Shown here in pieces: positions 60,667-64,000 of a stretch of 64,000 bases of DNA. Position numbers and translations under genes: made by a program. Location of the stretch: assembly GCA_050251875.1 (NCBI GenBank), contig JBFWMA010000001.1, positions 369,587 to 433,586 on the forward strand, in the 5' to 3' direction. The notes under the pieces are model-generated. The model was not told the DNA's origin. It did no database searches and saw nothing but the letters and a program-made list of their open reading frames with translations. Source of the DNA: Deferribacterales bacterium. GTDB taxonomy: Bacteria; Chrysiogenota; Deferribacteres; Deferribacterales; Geovibrionaceae. Each line of letters opens with the position of its first letter. Position 1 is the stretch's first letter.

Positions 60667-61158
60667 TTCTTCATCCTGTGTATAATCTATTTATATATAG
60701 GAGCATAAAACCCCGCCTGGCGAGCAAAAAGAAATAAGATCAGGAAAATTTGAATTATATTAAATAGTAAAAGGCATTGTGATGCATGTCAATATTTTAT
60801 TACACGAACCGGGCTCGAATATAATTTTTAATTAACATCCGGTCAGTACGGCTGTCTGTTATTGGTCGTCTGAATCCTATATAGAATTTTGTGAATATTT
60901 CGTAATGGAAACACTGTTTAAAATCTGAACCATCACACGGCAAAACTGTCAAATCCTGTGCGGAGGCTGATTTTGTGAAACCATATCTCATAGTTGTATT
61001 GAAATATTCAATAAATACTATAGTTCTTTCTGAGCAAGGATTTCAGGAGCTTTTGAGGGTGAATTACGCCTCGGTAAGTTTGTCAGAACGCAAGGGATTG
61101 AAAAGGCAGGAAAAATAAAATTTAAATAATGTTTTAACATAGACAAGGGCAATAATGC

Positions 61159-61202
61159 TTGACAAAAACTTAGTAAAATATATAACAGTATACTGTATAC
61201 AA
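61159..61202 (+). promoter_or_regulatory. icd promoter with an operator related to the acnB site
   Basis: TTGACA-N16-TATAAC, then ACAGTATACTGTATACAA. Confidence 0.6.
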
Positions 61203-61284
61203 AATAAAAAACGAAATGGCATTATACCGTGAAGCATGAGGACAAAGCATAACTATAGAGTAACGACATTAATCAATTGTATAA

Positions 61285-63519
<2,235 letters not shown>

Positions 63520-63544
63520 TCAAAAGTTCCGAAATAAAATGACA

Positions 63545-63566
63545 GGCGCCCGCAGAGCCGGGCGCC
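63545..63566 (+). other. GC hairpin between icd and mdh (no U-tract; stabiliser or processing site)
   Basis: GGCGCCCG/CGGGCGCC. Confidence 0.45.
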
Positions 63567-63577
63567 AAATAAAATAG

Positions 63578-64000
<423 letters not shown>

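Noticed and set aside
60667..61158. c-di-GMP riboswitch or small ORF upstream of HD-GYP/icd
   Set aside because: Only fragments (GGCAAAAC, GCCTCCG) without the GEMM two-stem layout; ORF 60800-60991 has no convincing RBS or motif.

Overview
Chromosomal window from a Gram-negative bacterium, probably an anaerobic respirer. Protein style (HQWRQPL kinase, monomeric Icd, split class I fumarase, AcnB) suggests Deferribacterota such as Seleniivibrio or Denitrovibrio; this is inference only. Order: the dcw cluster (murF 3' end to ftsZ) plus a GT4 glycosyltransferase; a class II Fic protein with a non-canonical active site; tRNA-Ala(GGC); a PpiC foldase; two tandem autotransporters with near-identical translocators; a FecCD-type (type II) ABC importer; a complete LapA/B/C/D/E/G c-di-GMP adhesin system with a TolC-OmpA fusion and a LuxR regulator; assorted metabolic genes; and a TCA region (class I fumarase alpha/beta, fumC, acnB, icd, mdh) interrupted by accessory genes and several structured repeat families. 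Best candidate for an undescribed system: the ABC importer has a ModE-type operator over its promoter, and its ATPase is fused to a signal-less copy of its own substrate-binding protein, suggesting a Mo/W importer with a cytoplasmic SBP feedback sensor. Other leads: CsrA-type ANGGAN hairpins with covariation, an ERIC-like element, 48-bp long-loop REP arrays, a shared acnB/icd operator and an uncalled 48-aa lipoprotein. All family assignments come from visual motif recognition; no searches were run.
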